Origin: an uncultured cyanobacterium
Lineage (GTDB): Bacteria; Cyanobacteriota; Cyanobacteriia; Cyanobacteriales; Cyanobacteriaceae
Assembly (NCBI GenBank): GCA_963749915.1
Contig: CAVVOP010000022.1
Span: 160,001-224,000, forward strand
DNA: 64,000 nt
Reading direction: 5' to 3'
The notes under the pieces are model-generated. The model was not told the origin of the DNA, did not search any database, and saw nothing but the letters and a program-made list of their open reading frames with translations. The stretch's first letter is position 1. The number at the start of each line of letters is the position of its first letter. Shown one piece after another: positions 48,289-61,569 of the stretch. Both the position numbers and the translations under genes were made by a program.

Positions 48289-49236
48289 TTAACCCAAAGC
48301 ATTCGCACCGGAAACAACCTCAAGAATTTGTTGGGTAATAGATGATTGACGGGCTTTATTATAAGAAAGAGTCAAGGTTTTCATCAATTCCTTCGCATTT
48401 TCACTGGCGTTACTCATGGCAGTCATCCGTGCAGCTAATTCACTAGCGGCGGATTCTTGTAACCCTCTCAATAATTGATTATTGATGTATAAAGGTAAAA
48501 GAGAATCAAGAATTTGAATTGGGTCTTGTTCAAAAATCATCTCTCTAGGAAAGTTATCCATCACATTCGTGACCGTTTCTCTCTCTACTTGAAAAGTACC
48601 ACCGCGCACCGTTAAACGGAAGATCTCATCGTCTTTTACTTCCAAACCCTGGGGAGTCAAGGGTAATAGGGTTTGAATAACTGGTTCAGAACTGATTAAA
48701 GAGACAAAACGAGTGTAAATTAATTCTACTCGATCGACATTATTAGAGAAAAAGAAGGATAACAACTCATCTGCCATCGCCCCTGATTCTTTTGCCGTGG
48801 GAATTTGTTCCAAACCGAAATATTTTTGAATAATTGGTTCGTTTCTGCGTTTGAAATATTGATTCGCTTTTCTACCTACAGTTACATAGGTGTAATTAAT
48901 ACCTTGGGACTTTAATTCTGCCGCTCTTTGTTCGGCTTTTTTTATCACGTTAGTATTATAACCACCGCATAAACCACGATCCCCTGTAACCACAAATAAA
49001 GCGACAGTTTGTACTTCTCTTTGTTTAAGTAAAGGTAAACCAGTTTCTTCCATGCGGAGACGATTTTGTAAACCGAAGAGAACTTGAGCTAAAGTATCAG
49101 CAAAAGGGCGAGTTGCGGTAACCTGCTCTTGAGCTCTTCTAACTTTCGCTGCCGCTACTAAACGCATGGCTTCAGTAATTTTTTTGGTATTTTTTACTGA
49201 GTCAATACGATCTCGTATCGCTTTTAAATTAGACAT
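48289..49236 (-). CDS. atpG: ATP synthase gamma subunit (cyanobacterial atpC)
   Basis: [28 protein letters not shown]. Confidence 0.97.
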   Translation of the reverse strand: MSNLKAIRDRIDSVKNTKKITEAMRLVAAAKVRRAQEQVTATRPFADTLAQVLFGLQNRLRMEETGLPLLKQREVQTVALFVVTGDRGLCGGYNTNVIKKAEQRAAELKSQGINYTYVTVGRKANQYFKRRNEPIIQKYFGLEQIPTAKESGAMADELLSFFFSNNVDRVELIYTRFVSLISSEPVIQTLLPLTPQGLEVKDDEIFRLTVRGGTFQVERETVTNVMDNFPREMIFEQDPIQILDSLLPLYINNQLLRGLQESAASELAARMTAMSNASENAKELMKTLTLSYNKARQSSITQQILEVVSGANALG

Positions 49237-49330
49237 GATGTTAATTGATAATTAATAATTGATAATCATAATACTGTTCAATAGGTTAAAGTAGGGAGGA
49301 CAAATGCCCCCCAAGAAAATAATTAATCAA

Positions 49331-50842
<1,512 letters not shown>

Positions 50843-50967
50843 TTATTTTTAGCGACTTATATTTATAAAGTTTGCTTGTTAATACAACTGATCGTTTGTA
50901 GTAAACCCTTTGGGGTTAATAATTTTTGAATAAAACGACTAAAGTCGATAGGACGAACTCTAGTTCG

Positions 50968-51522
50968 TTAACTAGAACCAAGTACATTAAGACTAATACG
51001 ACGCAATTGTCCCTTGAGACTAGCATCGTAAACTTGGGAACCGACTTTGATGATTACACCACCAATAATATCAGGATCAATTTTAGTCTGAATTTCAACC
51101 TGATCCGCCCCAGTAAGATTTTTGATTTTAGCGACTAATTTTTCAGCTTCACCCTCATACAGTCTGACTGCGGAGGTAACCTCAGCTAAAACGACGTTAT
51201 TTAACTTGCGGAGGATTTCCAGATATTTACTACAAACGCCCTCAACAAAGCCAATACGTTTTTTATCCACTAATAACAACAAAAAGTTGAGAAAAAAGGG
51301 ATTTATTTGCTCTCCTGCGGCTTGTCTGATAATCGCTTTTTTATCCTCAGCTTTTACCAATGGACTACTCAAAAAAGTTTTTAATTCCGATGATTCTTGG
51401 ATTAGTGTCAACAATGTGCGGACATCTTCACCAATAGCGTCAGTAATATTTTTTTGTTGAGCTAGTGACATTAGGGCTTCAGCATAAGGTTCTACTATTT
51501 CGGCGGTAATAGCACTTTGCAT
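50968..51522 (-). CDS. atpH: ATP synthase delta subunit (cyanobacterial atpD)
   Basis: PYAEAL, IIGGVIIKVGSQVYDAS. Confidence 0.95.
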   Translation of the reverse strand: MQSAITAEIVEPYAEALMSLAQQKNITDAIGEDVRTLLTLIQESSELKTFLSSPLVKAEDKKAIIRQAAGEQINPFFLNFLLLLVDKKRIGFVEGVCSKYLEILRKLNNVVLAEVTSAVRLYEGEAEKLVAKIKNLTGADQVEIQTKIDPDIIGGVIIKVGSQVYDASLKGQLRRISLNVLGSS

Positions 51523-51526
51523 AAAT

Positions 51527-52051
51527 TTAACCTCCTAATTGCTCTACAGCACGACTAATGAGCTTACCTTGAATATCGTCATTCAGAGTTTCTTTTAACT
51601 GCTGCTCTGCTTTTTCAAGTGCTAATTCAGCAATTCTTTGTTTTAAACCTGCTACTACTTTAGCTCTTTCGGAGGCTAATTCTTGTACGGCAACAGATCT
51701 CATTCTTTCAATGTCTTTTTGTCCTTGTGCCAAAATTTCCGCCCGTAGTTTTTCAGCGGTAGATTCTGCATCAGATTTGATTTGTTTCGCCTTAACTTGA
51801 GCCTGATTAAGATTTTCTTTCCCCTCAGCTAAAGCCTTAGCGGCAATGGCGGCAAGATTTTCCGCTTCTTGGATTTCCTCAGCAATTCTATTGCGTCTTT
51901 CCGTGAGTATGTTACCCACAAATTTCCCACCATAGACTACTAACAACCCAATAATGATAATTAAGTTAATTAAGTTGGAGCCGAGAATATCTAAACTTAT
52001 ACCAAATCCGCCGGCAGTTTCTTCAGTGGCTAGATAAAATAAAGTCACCAT
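51527..52051 (-). CDS. atpF: ATP synthase subunit b
   Basis: NLINL TM plus coiled coil; operon position. Confidence 0.93.
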   Translation of the reverse strand: MVTLFYLATEETAGGFGISLDILGSNLINLIIIIGLLVVYGGKFVGNILTERRNRIAEEIQEAENLAAIAAKALAEGKENLNQAQVKAKQIKSDAESTAEKLRAEILAQGQKDIERMRSVAVQELASERAKVVAGLKQRIAELALEKAEQQLKETLNDDIQGKLISRAVEQLGG

Positions 52052-52129
52052 AAATTAATCTTTAGTGGAATTAGGCTTATTTCATACAGGAAAACAAAAG
52101 AGATGAAAAACACTCCTTGTTAACCCTGG

Positions 52130-52609
52130 TTATTTTACAAATTCAAGTCCGATAACTTTCTCAAGAATTTGCCGGCTTAAAGCAGTGACTTCTTGTTCTA
52201 GGGAATTTAAAGCATCTACTCTTTCCGCCTCAATTTGTTCTGATGCTTTTTGACGTTCAGCAATTACTTCTTGCTGTGCCTGTTGTACCTGTTCAGATAG
52301 AATTTTTTGAGCTTCAGATTGAGCCGTGGCGATAATTCCTTGAGATTGCTTACGAACTTCTTTTAATTCTTGTTCATATTGTTGAGCAAGGGCGATGGCC
52401 TGTTCTTTCTGTGTCTTAGCTTGTGCTAACTGACCCTGAACATAACTAGCGCGATCGTCAATTGTCTTACCTAGGGGTTTGTACAAGAGGGCGTTGAGTA
52501 TTGCTGCTAACAGTAAAAACTGGATTGCCATTAAAGGCAAAGTAGCGTCAAAATCAAATAACCCTCCCTCTGCGGTTTCGGCCGCGAATAAAATCCATTG
52601 TGTCATCAT
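52130..52609 (-). CDS. atpF2: ATP synthase subunit b' (cyanobacterial atpG)
   Basis: [16 protein letters not shown]. Confidence 0.93.
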   Translation of the reverse strand: MMTQWILFAAETAEGGLFDFDATLPLMAIQFLLLAAILNALLYKPLGKTIDDRASYVQGQLAQAKTQKEQAIALAQQYEQELKEVRKQSQGIIATAQSEAQKILSEQVQQAQQEVIAERQKASEQIEAERVDALNSLEQEVTALSRQILEKVIGLEFVK

Positions 52610-52797
52610 AATTTGACTTAGTGGCAGAATTTATGTGTTCCGTTTTTCTAATCTACAATTATGCTTAGAACTATTACTGCAATTTTTTATTTTGTTCAGT
52701 TCTTAGGCTTTAGGACTAGGTTTTCCGAAGAAAAAACCTAAAACCTAATACCTGAATTTTTTGCTTTAGGTTATCCTAGTTCTAATTAACTTAATTA

Positions 52798-53064
<267 letters not shown>

Positions 53065-53335
53065 TTAATTAATTTAGTACGACAAAAAAATGTAGTTTGT
53101 TGAGGGAATGAGCTTAATTATCGTTCCCCTATGTTAGTTAATCACACAATGGTCATTAATTTGATCCCAAAAAGTATTTAACTATATTTTGGGTTTTTAT
53201 GATAGCCAGTTTTATGAAATTCTGACCCTTAAATTTGATTTAAGTTAATTAGCCCTGGAATATTTTTCACAACCGCACTTGTGTAACCTATAGCTAGTAA
53301 ACAGCATAACTGTTCCTATAGGTTTAGATTACAGT

Positions 53336-54091
53336 TTAGTCGTGATGTTCTTCTCCATGACTTTCCATAGCTTCCCCAATATAGGATGCGGCTAAGGTGG
53401 CAAAAATTAATGCTTGGATAGCACTAGTAAATAAACCTAACATCATTAAAGGTAGGGGAACAATTAAAGGCACTAATAAAACCAATACCCCTACAGCCAA
53501 TTCATCCGCTAAGATGTTACCGAATAAACGGAAACTTAGGGAAAGAGGACGAGTAAAGTCTTCAATGGCACGGAAAGGCACCATGATGGGGGAGGGTTGG
53601 GCGTAATCGGCAAAGTAACCTAAGCCTTTCTTACTAATCCCTGCATAAAAATAAGCTAAGGATGTTAATAACGAAAATGCTACGGTGGTGTTGATGTCAA
53701 CAGTGGGAGCGGACAATTCTCCTCCGGGGATTTCGATCAACTTCCAAGGAATCAAAGCCCCTGACCAGTTAGACACAAATATAAATAAGAATAATGTGCC
53801 GATAAAAGGTACCCAGGGGCGATATTCTTTTTCACCGATTTGATCTTTAGCTAAACCACGTAAGAAATCAAGGACGTGTTCCATGAAATTCTGGAAACCC
53901 GACGGGATTCTTTGGACATTTCTAGTAGCGGCAATGGAAGCAATAATGAGAACACCGATTACGAACCAAGAGACGAGAAATACTTGTCCGTGTACTTTGT
54001 ATTTACCGATCTCCCAGTAAAAGTGTTCTCCTACTTCGATGGCTGCTAGGTTAAGAGAGTTGAATAAATTTATTGTGTTTGCAAGTTCCAT
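53336..54091 (-). CDS. atpB: ATP synthase subunit a (cyanobacterial atpI)
   Basis: [21 protein letters not shown]. Confidence 0.96.
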   Translation of the reverse strand: MELANTINLFNSLNLAAIEVGEHFYWEIGKYKVHGQVFLVSWFVIGVLIIASIAATRNVQRIPSGFQNFMEHVLDFLRGLAKDQIGEKEYRPWVPFIGTLFLFIFVSNWSGALIPWKLIEIPGGELSAPTVDINTTVAFSLLTSLAYFYAGISKKGLGYFADYAQPSPIMVPFRAIEDFTRPLSLSFRLFGNILADELAVGVLVLLVPLIVPLPLMMLGLFTSAIQALIFATLAASYIGEAMESHGEEHHD

Positions 54092-54141
54092 TGAACAAGA
54101 TTTTTCCTGATTTTAGGAATCTTTGACAATTTATCATAAAA

Positions 54142-54600
54142 TTAGCCTTTTTTTTCTGATTTATTTAGATTGCCCAATAAACTACCGGGTAAAATATAAA
54201 AAAGAATAGCGGCTTTGTAAGTCATGAAACCGAGAAAAATCGGAATCACTTGTAGTTGTTGCCGTTGGGTAGCAACGATAATTAAACCAACAAAAATAGC
54301 AAGTCTTGTGGCACCAATGCGTTTTTTAAACGTTCCCACTTTTTCTACTTCCCGTGCCAACATATTCACATAAACTAAGCTGAAACAAGCTCCTAATAAG
54401 TAGTTTAGGCTAGTATTTAAACTATAAAAACACCAAACTAGGATAAAGCTAACAATAGCTATGGAAATAGTTCCGAAGAGAAGATTGTTACGGAGTTGAT
54501 AAAACTCTTTCATGAAATCCTCCTTTTTTTCTGGTGCACTACTCTCAACTTCAGCTGGTTGAGTGACAGTGGTCATGGGGGTAGAGTCGGAATTGATCAC
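54142..54600 (-). CDS. atpI: ATP synthase protein I (Atp1)
   Basis: Four TM segments, FLGFMTYKA; first gene of the atp operon. Confidence 0.85.
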   Translation of the reverse strand: MINSDSTPMTTVTQPAEVESSAPEKKEDFMKEFYQLRNNLLFGTISIAIVSFILVWCFYSLNTSLNYLLGACFSLVYVNMLAREVEKVGTFKKRIGATRLAIFVGLIIVATQRQQLQVIPIFLGFMTYKAAILFYILPGSLLGNLNKSEKKG

Positions 54601-54792
54601 TTTGACGGAGAGATTCTTTGAGAATCGCTTTTTTGGTTTGCTTATAAGAAGTTAAGGGTAATATACAAAATGACACTACTTTAACTCACACGCCCATAAT
54701 TTTATCATGAGAGTGATCCTTGATGTTAATTTTTATGAATTTCAACCTTGTCAACTCTGTCTTGATACTTTCCCTGAAACTGCGATCGCAAC

Positions 54793-57312
54793 TTAAAAAG
54801 ATAACTTCTGTTGAGAAACGGATTTAATGAAATTGGTAGCATCTTCTGCGGGTAAGGGATGACTGAAAAAATTTCCCTGCATCATCTCACACTGTAACTG
54901 TCTCAATAACTGTAATTGTTCAAGGGTTTCAATCCCCTCGGCAACTACTTGTAAATTAAAGCCTTTGCCCAAGGTAATAACAGCTGAAATAATAGCGATA
55001 TCTTCAGACTCATTTTTAAGTTCTTTGACAAAACTTTGATCTATTTTGATTTTATTAAAAGGAAACTTTTTCAGATATCCTAAAGAAGAATAACCGGAAC
55101 CAAAATCATCCATAGAAATAGAAATTCCTAAATCCGTTAATTGATTAAGAATAACTTGTGTCAAGTCGGGATGCTCGATGATAGTGCTTTCGGTTATTTC
55201 TAATTCCAAATATTTTGGATCTAATTCTGTCTGTTTTAAGATCTCCCCGAAATGGGAGACTAAATTTCGTTCTTGTAACTGTTTGGGAGATAAATTAACG
55301 GCTACTTTGAAAGGTGCTAAACCTAAATTTTGCCATCTCTTGTTTTGTTGACAAGCGGTAAATAACACCCATTCTCCGATGGATTTAATTAAGCCCGTTT
55401 GTTCAGCTATAGGGATAAACTGCACAGGTGGCACTATCCCTAAAACGGGGTGTTGCCAACGAATTAAGGCTTCCATTCCCGTAATTTTTCCCGTTTTAAC
55501 ATTAATTTGTGGTTGATAATGTAATTCGAATTGATTGTGTTCGATGGCTTCATATAAGTATCCTTCCATACGCAGTAATTCACTTTTTTTCTGATTCATG
55601 GAAGAATTATAATATTGATAATTATTACCTCCTTGATCTTTCATTCGATATAAGGCAGTATCAGCATTTTTTAGTAAAGTATCTAAGTTGTCTCCGTCTT
55701 GAGGATAAATGGCAATACCTATACTTAAATAGGCATATAGTTCATATTCCATCACTTGAAAGGGTTTTTTCAGGGAGTCTAAAATTCTCTGGGCGACGAG
55801 GGAGGCATCTTCACAGTGTTTGATTTCTGATAACAAAATCGTAAATTCATCCCCCCCCCAACGTGCCATTAAATCGGCATTTCGTAGAACTTCTTGTATT
55901 CTGTGTGCTACTGCTTGCAAAAACTTATCTCCGATACAATGTCCTAATGTATCGTTAATGTTCTTAAATCTATCTAAATCTATAAACATAATACCAAATT
56001 GATGCTTATATCTTTGAGCACGGGCGATCGCCTTGTCTAATTGTTCATTAAATAGATTACGATTCCCTAATTCTGTTAATAAATCATGACAGGCTTGATA
56101 ACGTAACTTCTCCTCCGTCAATTTTCTTTTTGTAATATTGCGTACTGCATAACAAATAAATTCTTTGGCACCATAATAGATAGTGCTAATATTAACCTCT
56201 ACATCAATGAGTGATCCGTTCTGATGAAGGTGGATAGATTCTTTAATTAAATTGAGGCGATCTTTTTGCACCCTTCTGATGATACTATCGACAATATCAG
56301 GATCTGCCGCCACTAAATCATATAATTTCAGAAGGGTAATTTCTTGACTAGAATGGCCTGTTAAACTGCAATAGGCCTGATTAGCTTCCATAACTTGTTT
56401 AGAAATAGGATCAACTAAAAGAATTCCTTCTGAGATTTGTCTGACAACGGCACGATATTTTTCCTCATTTTCCCTTAAGGCTTTTTCAAAACTATCTCGC
56501 TGACTAAAGGAAAAAATATAACTTTTAATGTGAGTCTTATCTTTAATAAAATGAGCGTATTGGGTAAAATGGTTATCTTTATATTTTATTTCTCTGATAC
56601 AAAAATCTTTGCCGGTACCTTGTAAATCCTTCCAGAGATTATTGATAAAAGGGTTAGATGGAAAATCATGATAAAAATCAGGAAATTTATCCATTAAAGA
56701 ACTATTCGTATAATCAATTTTTCCCTCTAAATCAGTGGTGAGAATAGGACAATCTAGTATGGCGTCTTGATTGTGTAAAATAAAGAGTATTTCTTGAATA
56801 AAAAAGTTTTCTTGTTCTTCTTTTGTTTTTAACGTAATCTTTGATTGAAAATCTTCAGATTCTGGATACTTTATATATTTTGTATTGTAATTGTTGCTGT
56901 ATCCAGTTTTCTTTCTTATATTTGGTTCAGCAACTGTGCTTTCTTTATAATTATCAGAGTAACAAATAGAATAGATAAATTCAACTTCATTCCCTCCGAT
57001 GGTAATTATATCTCCCGATTTTAATTCGTGGGATAGAAACTTATCACCATTGATAAATAAACCATTGGCACTACGATTTCCCTTTAAGTCCCCATCGATA
57101 ATCCAAAATAATTCTTGTTGATTTTCCTCTTTATATTTAACAGGTAATATTGAGCAATGATAACGAGAGATAGTGGGATGATAGATAACGATATTATTGC
57201 TAGAATGACGACCTATAGAATAAACTTCATTATTTAAAACGATATTTTGTTCGACATGAGCATATTTGATTTTTAATAGGTGTTTAACTTCTACCTCATA
57301 ATTCATCCTCAA
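54793..57312 (-). CDS. FHA-PAS-GGDEF-EAL c-di-GMP signalling protein
   Basis: IGRH..SRYH..SANG (FHA), GGDEF, EAL, DDFGSGYSS. Confidence 0.9.
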   Translation of the reverse strand: MRMNYEVEVKHLLKIKYAHVEQNIVLNNEVYSIGRHSSNNIVIYHPTISRYHCSILPVKYKEENQQELFWIIDGDLKGNRSANGLFINGDKFLSHELKSGDIITIGGNEVEFIYSICYSDNYKESTVAEPNIRKKTGYSNNYNTKYIKYPESEDFQSKITLKTKEEQENFFIQEILFILHNQDAILDCPILTTDLEGKIDYTNSSLMDKFPDFYHDFPSNPFINNLWKDLQGTGKDFCIREIKYKDNHFTQYAHFIKDKTHIKSYIFSFSQRDSFEKALRENEEKYRAVVRQISEGILLVDPISKQVMEANQAYCSLTGHSSQEITLLKLYDLVAADPDIVDSIIRRVQKDRLNLIKESIHLHQNGSLIDVEVNISTIYYGAKEFICYAVRNITKRKLTEEKLRYQACHDLLTELGNRNLFNEQLDKAIARAQRYKHQFGIMFIDLDRFKNINDTLGHCIGDKFLQAVAHRIQEVLRNADLMARWGGDEFTILLSEIKHCEDASLVAQRILDSLKKPFQVMEYELYAYLSIGIAIYPQDGDNLDTLLKNADTALYRMKDQGGNNYQYYNSSMNQKKSELLRMEGYLYEAIEHNQFELHYQPQINVKTGKITGMEALIRWQHPVLGIVPPVQFIPIAEQTGLIKSIGEWVLFTACQQNKRWQNLGLAPFKVAVNLSPKQLQERNLVSHFGEILKQTELDPKYLELEITESTIIEHPDLTQVILNQLTDLGISISMDDFGSGYSSLGYLKKFPFNKIKIDQSFVKELKNESEDIAIISAVITLGKGFNLQVVAEGIETLEQLQLLRQLQCEMMQGNFFSHPLPAEDATNFIKSVSQQKLSF

Positions 57313-57418
57313 TGACCCCTCGAATAAACTTAAACTTTAAGTCAAGATATATTTATTGATTTATATCAATTCATATCAATATCATACAACTCTTTTTCTC
57401 AGGTATTCAGAATTGTAA

Positions 57419-58639
57419 CTAGCAATTTATCAGACTGAAACTAGACCCAGATAAATCAGAAAAACCTCGTAAAGAAAACTGAGTTTGTGTTGAGGAGAGA
57501 TTTTTACTTTGCAACAAAACACCGAAATTACCTAGGCCTTCGGGATTAATTAAACTATGTAATTCCTGTCGCCGTTGCAATATTTCCGTTAAGGATATTT
57601 TCCCATTGGCGGCTAATTTATCTAAGCGATCGCCTAATCCTAAACTAATTAAAAATAAGGCTTGTTTTGTGTATCTTAGAATACTTAAACCGAAAAATTC
57701 TCCATATTTTTCCAAAGCGGTAAAATTAACATGAGAAGTAATATCCTGAGCACCAATATTAACATAAAGGTTATCATGGTGACGATGTTGATAATAACAT
57801 TTTAATGTACCTTGACTGCGTTGAGGGTGATAATATTTTTTGGCGTTATAACCATAGTCAATGGTCAATAAATAACCTTGTTTTAATTTACTAGACACTT
57901 GCCGAAGCCAATCAATAACGTCTAAATTTACTTCCGTTTGATAATTGTCAGGGTAAATATCTGCTGAAAAATTAACGCCTATTACCTCAAAATAACTGTT
58001 AATGTCTTGACAGGAGAGAGAATCATATTTTGTCAGCAATTTATTCCCATTTTTCGTGAGATAAATTTCCTCTAATTTTTGTCGGGAATACCTAATTAAA
58101 TGAACGGGCATGGCATCGATTAATTCATTACTAAAAAAACAACCAATAATCGAATTATCAGGAATCGAATCCCAATCCTGCCATTTTATCCGAATAGTAC
58201 TAGCAAAATTATCTAATAATAGCTGTTGTTGTTTAAGTTTTAGTGTCTGAGATTTTTCGATAATAATGTATTCAATATTAAGAGCAAAATTGGGATAATT
58301 ATTCAAAATATAATTAATAATTGTCAAGGCTAAATTACCATTTCCTGCACCTATTTCTAGCAATTTAAAGTTAGATGGTTTACCTAAAACTTGCCAAAAT
58401 TCTTCAAATTGAATAGCTAATAATTCACCAAAGTCTGAGGATAAACAAGGGGATGTAAAAAAATCACCCTGATTGCCTATAATAATTTTATTTGAGTTAT
58501 AATAACCATGATCCGGATCATATAAACACAAATTCATATATTCAGCAAAAGTTATTTTTTGATCAGGAGAATTATTAATAGTTTTAAATATTTTCTCTAA
58601 TAATGGGTTATAGTTATCAACTATATTTTTTTTAACCAT
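57419..58639 (-). CDS. MidA/NDUFAF7-family SAM-dependent methyltransferase
   Basis: GYY..GDFFTSP, EIGAGNG, NELIDA, IDYG, QDITSHVNF. Confidence 0.85.
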   Translation of the reverse strand: MVKKNIVDNYNPLLEKIFKTINNSPDQKITFAEYMNLCLYDPDHGYYNSNKIIIGNQGDFFTSPCLSSDFGELLAIQFEEFWQVLGKPSNFKLLEIGAGNGNLALTIINYILNNYPNFALNIEYIIIEKSQTLKLKQQQLLLDNFASTIRIKWQDWDSIPDNSIIGCFFSNELIDAMPVHLIRYSRQKLEEIYLTKNGNKLLTKYDSLSCQDINSYFEVIGVNFSADIYPDNYQTEVNLDVIDWLRQVSSKLKQGYLLTIDYGYNAKKYYHPQRSQGTLKCYYQHRHHDNLYVNIGAQDITSHVNFTALEKYGEFFGLSILRYTKQALFLISLGLGDRLDKLAANGKISLTEILQRRQELHSLINPEGLGNFGVLLQSKNLSSTQTQFSLRGFSDLSGSSFSLINC

Positions 58640-58712
58640 TTTTAGTTATATGCATTTACTTAATTTATTTGTATTAAGGTGGGGAATGGTAAAAGTCCCA
58701 ATTGTTCGCTGG

Positions 58713-59297
58713 TTAAACTTCATCAGCAAAACTATTTATTCTCTTAAAATTAAAAGGTCCTGCAACTGAACCCCATAATAATTCATCAGTAAAAGGATCT
58801 CGTCCTCTGTCAAAACTTACTAATTTTTCTTTGCTAATTTCAAAACTATTATCTAAATAAGATTCCTTCCCTTTTCTGACAACAATACAGGCTTTTCCTG
58901 GTTTAATAGAACCTTTAAAATGATTATCATGCCACCTAGCTATCATATCACAACCGTTCATTTTTTCGAGATGATCGATGGTTAATTGTTTAAGTTTTTC
59001 AAGATTTCTGGAAGCACCATAAAATGCTGTTTCCTCTTTTAGTTTGTAATGTTCTAATTCTAGATGATCATCAACTATGAGAATTTTAAATACTCTTAAA
59101 CGATAGGGTTGATTGAGTAAAAAATCGTAGGCTTGTTCTAAAAATAAAGTTGTACCACCTAATAAAGATTCTGGTAAAGGGCGCATACAAACTCGAATAT
59201 GGGCAAAAAAAGGTGGGTTTTCAAATGCTTGTTCTTGGTTGCTAAAATCTGCCGCCATTAATCTTGCTAAGGCTTTTACATCTGTAGAATGGGTCAT
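58713..59297 (-). CDS. cpcT: Phycobiliprotein chromophore lyase CpcT
   Basis: DFSNQEQAFENPPFFAHI, EQAY, PYRLR, DRG.D...WGS. Confidence 0.9.
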   Translation of the reverse strand: MTHSTDVKALARLMAADFSNQEQAFENPPFFAHIRVCMRPLPESLLGGTTLFLEQAYDFLLNQPYRLRVFKILIVDDHLELEHYKLKEETAFYGASRNLEKLKQLTIDHLEKMNGCDMIARWHDNHFKGSIKPGKACIVVRKGKESYLDNSFEISKEKLVSFDRGRDPFTDELLWGSVAGPFNFKRINSFADEV

Positions 59298-59959
59298 TTT
59301 AAATACGATTTATTATCAATTTTTTTCAATGCTAGTTTAACACGACTTCGGATGGCAATTTCGGCATCTTCACCCATGATTTGTGCTAATTTTTTCTCAA
59401 TTTTATTCGTTAAGTTATTATTACTAAAATCAATGGCTTGATATAAATTTTCTAAAGAAACCACAGAGGCATAACGCACCACCCATTCACCATCATTGAT
59501 GGTAATAAAAAGATTGTCTAAAATTTGAGTTTGAGTAGAAATAATTTTATCTGGGGGTAATTGATGCCATTGCAAACTACCTAAACCTTTTGTCGCCGCA
59601 CGTCTAACACTTAAGGAAAAATCATTAACAGCGGCCTTTATCAGTAAATCTAAAGTGCGAATATCCCCAATTCCAGCAAATACTCTAACTGCCCAAGCTC
59701 TTGCACCATAATTGTATTGATCTAAACTATGCAATAAGGGCTCAATAACAGATGTTCCTAAAGCGATTAAACCTTCCGTAGCGGCAACGGCGGCACCCGG
59801 ATTGTTATAACCTAATACTTGGATTAAAGTCGGTATAGCTTCAGTTGATTCACTTTCAGCTAATTTGCTGACGGCTTGAAATAATTCAGGTGCGGAGTCA
59901 GCTTTTTCTACGGCAGAAATGAGTTGATTTACAGGTTGAATAGTCCTTTCTGTATTCAT
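59294..59959 (-). CDS. cpcF: Phycocyanin alpha lyase subunit CpcF (HEAT repeat); likely start 59959
   Basis: VLGYNNPGAAVAA, YNYGARAWA, SVRRAA, EWVVRYA. Confidence 0.85.
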   Translation of the reverse strand: MNTERTIQPVNQLISAVEKADSAPELFQAVSKLAESESTEAIPTLIQVLGYNNPGAAVAATEGLIALGTSVIEPLLHSLDQYNYGARAWAVRVFAGIGDIRTLDLLIKAAVNDFSLSVRRAATKGLGSLQWHQLPPDKIISTQTQILDNLFITINDGEWVVRYASVVSLENLYQAIDFSNNNLTNKIEKKLAQIMGEDAEIAIRSRVKLALKKIDNKSYLK

Positions 59960-60042
59960 AATATCTGTATTGCAATAATAAGTTAGAACTTGTAATATTG
60001 TGGAGGAATGATAACCTTTGCATCTTTTACACCGAGACAAAA

Positions 60043-60327
60043 CTAAAAGTTTAATAATTGCAAAAATTCTGATGCTGTCAATCCACATTGAATATAATTG
60101 GGACGAATAGGGTTATAAGGGCTAACTAGGCGATCGATGGTAATAATCTGGGCAGTAGGTGATAACATGGGTAAATCCGGATCAAATTCCGTAGCACCGC
60201 TTAAATTACTAGAAAAACCTTTAAAAATCATAATCTCGACTTCTTCCTCATTATCTCTGGCTTTAACAATTAAAACCTCTTGAGGATGTAGTTGACTATA
60301 AGTTTCTAGTTGTTTAATAGTAATCAT
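60043..60327 (-). CDS. Conserved hypothetical protein
   Basis: IFKGFSS.L...T.FDPD..IDRL.SPYNP pattern. Confidence 0.7.
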   Translation of the reverse strand: MITIKQLETYSQLHPQEVLIVKARDNEEEVEIMIFKGFSSNLSGATEFDPDLPMLSPTAQIITIDRLVSPYNPIRPNYIQCGLTASEFLQLLNF

Positions 60328-60402
60328 TACAATAAGTTAAAACTCACAAAAATTAATTAAATAACTCTAGTGTAGTATTTTACTCTTCTGACCTCAAGGG
60401 TG

Positions 60403-60996
60403 TTACTGTTGCAAGGCAATTCTACCTTGTTTGATTAGTCGAAAGGCTAAAAAATAGAAGAAGTAAATACAATAAATGATCAACCCTGTCATGGCTAAAA
60501 AGCCTAAAAATCCTGTGGTTGCATTGGGATGAAACCAACTTTTGAAATGCCAAGGTGCTTCTAACCACACTCTACAAACAATTTCGACACTGGCATCGGG
60601 GGAGAATGTACAAGGCAAGAAAGGAATAAAAGCCATCGCACTAATAATACCATAAAAAGTAATTGCCCAACGCCATGTAGTAACACTCAATCTTAGAGGA
60701 CTTTTCGGCAAGTCTCTGATTTCGTCGTTAATATCAACCCAAAACCATAAACTAATGACGACAAAAATATGAGCCAAAAACCATACTAAATATCCCACTT
60801 GCCAAACGGGAATAAATAGATAAATAGCAATGGCCATTAAACTAGCGACACGCCAAAAAATAACCAATAAACGCTGAATGGAGGGAATTTGGGCTAATAA
60901 CCCCCAAATAGAAAGAATTAAGGGCAAAATTAAACATAATAAAACAAATAGCTTATAGTTAGTCCAGACTAATGATTTTAGTAACGTTTCTTCCAT
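60403..60996 (-). CDS. DUF3177-like membrane protein
   Basis: LVWT.Y, WRVASL, LWFW.D.N.EI. Confidence 0.7.
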   Translation of the reverse strand: MEETLLKSLVWTNYKLFVLLCLILPLILSIWGLLAQIPSIQRLLVIFWRVASLMAIAIYLFIPVWQVGYLVWFLAHIFVVISLWFWVDINDEIRDLPKSPLRLSVTTWRWAITFYGIISAMAFIPFLPCTFSPDASVEIVCRVWLEAPWHFKSWFHPNATTGFLGFLAMTGLIIYCIYFFYFLAFRLIKQGRIALQQ

Positions 60997-61065
60997 AAAA
61001 AATAATTAGATACTTAAACAAACTTAATTGTATCTCTTCTGGTCAAATTGCCGGTAGAAACACAT

Positions 61066-61092
61066 AAAAAGAGGTGGGAAAACCCCACCTAC
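61066..61092 (-). terminator. Intrinsic terminator after cp12
   Basis: AGGTGGG-AAAAC-CCCACCT with a T tract on the minus strand. Confidence 0.7.
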
Positions 61093-61121
61093 TGAATTTA
61101 CATCATGAAGATATTCAGAAA

Positions 61122-61346
61122 TTAGTCTTCGTAAAGACGACATTCAGCCGCATCGGGGTTATCATCACAATATTGCTCTAAAGATGTTTTATGAGGTTCA
61201 TTGTCTTTTCGATGAGAGGCTTCGGCTTGTAATTCTTCTACTGCATCCCAGGCGGCAGCACATTCGGGAGAGGTTTTCCCGCTAATATCACAAACTTCCC
61301 TAGCTTGTTTTAGTTCTTCTTGAATTTTTTCTTGTATATTGCTCAT
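61122..61346 (-). CDS. cp12: Calvin cycle protein CP12
   Basis: C..ECAAAWDAVEEL, YCDDNPDAAECRLYED. Confidence 0.96.
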   Translation of the reverse strand: MSNIQEKIQEELKQAREVCDISGKTSPECAAAWDAVEELQAEASHRKDNEPHKTSLEQYCDDNPDAAECRLYED

Positions 61347-61569
61347 AATTTCGAGATTCCTTTGAATATTTTTTGGTCCTCTTATAGCTTATAACAGAAT
61401 TTCACTATTTGTTGTCGTGATAGATGCCATTGCTATGGGGAAAATTATATCTTAATCTCAGTGAAATATGATAATTTTTCGTTAGGATCACATATAATTG
61501 ACGGAATACATGAAACAGCAAAGAGAATAACTTTGTAGATTTGTCTGTAGAATTATAAACTGTTAAATC

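Noticed and set aside
59960..60088. N-terminal extension of CpcF
   Set aside because: Overlaps the upstream gene and lacks family features
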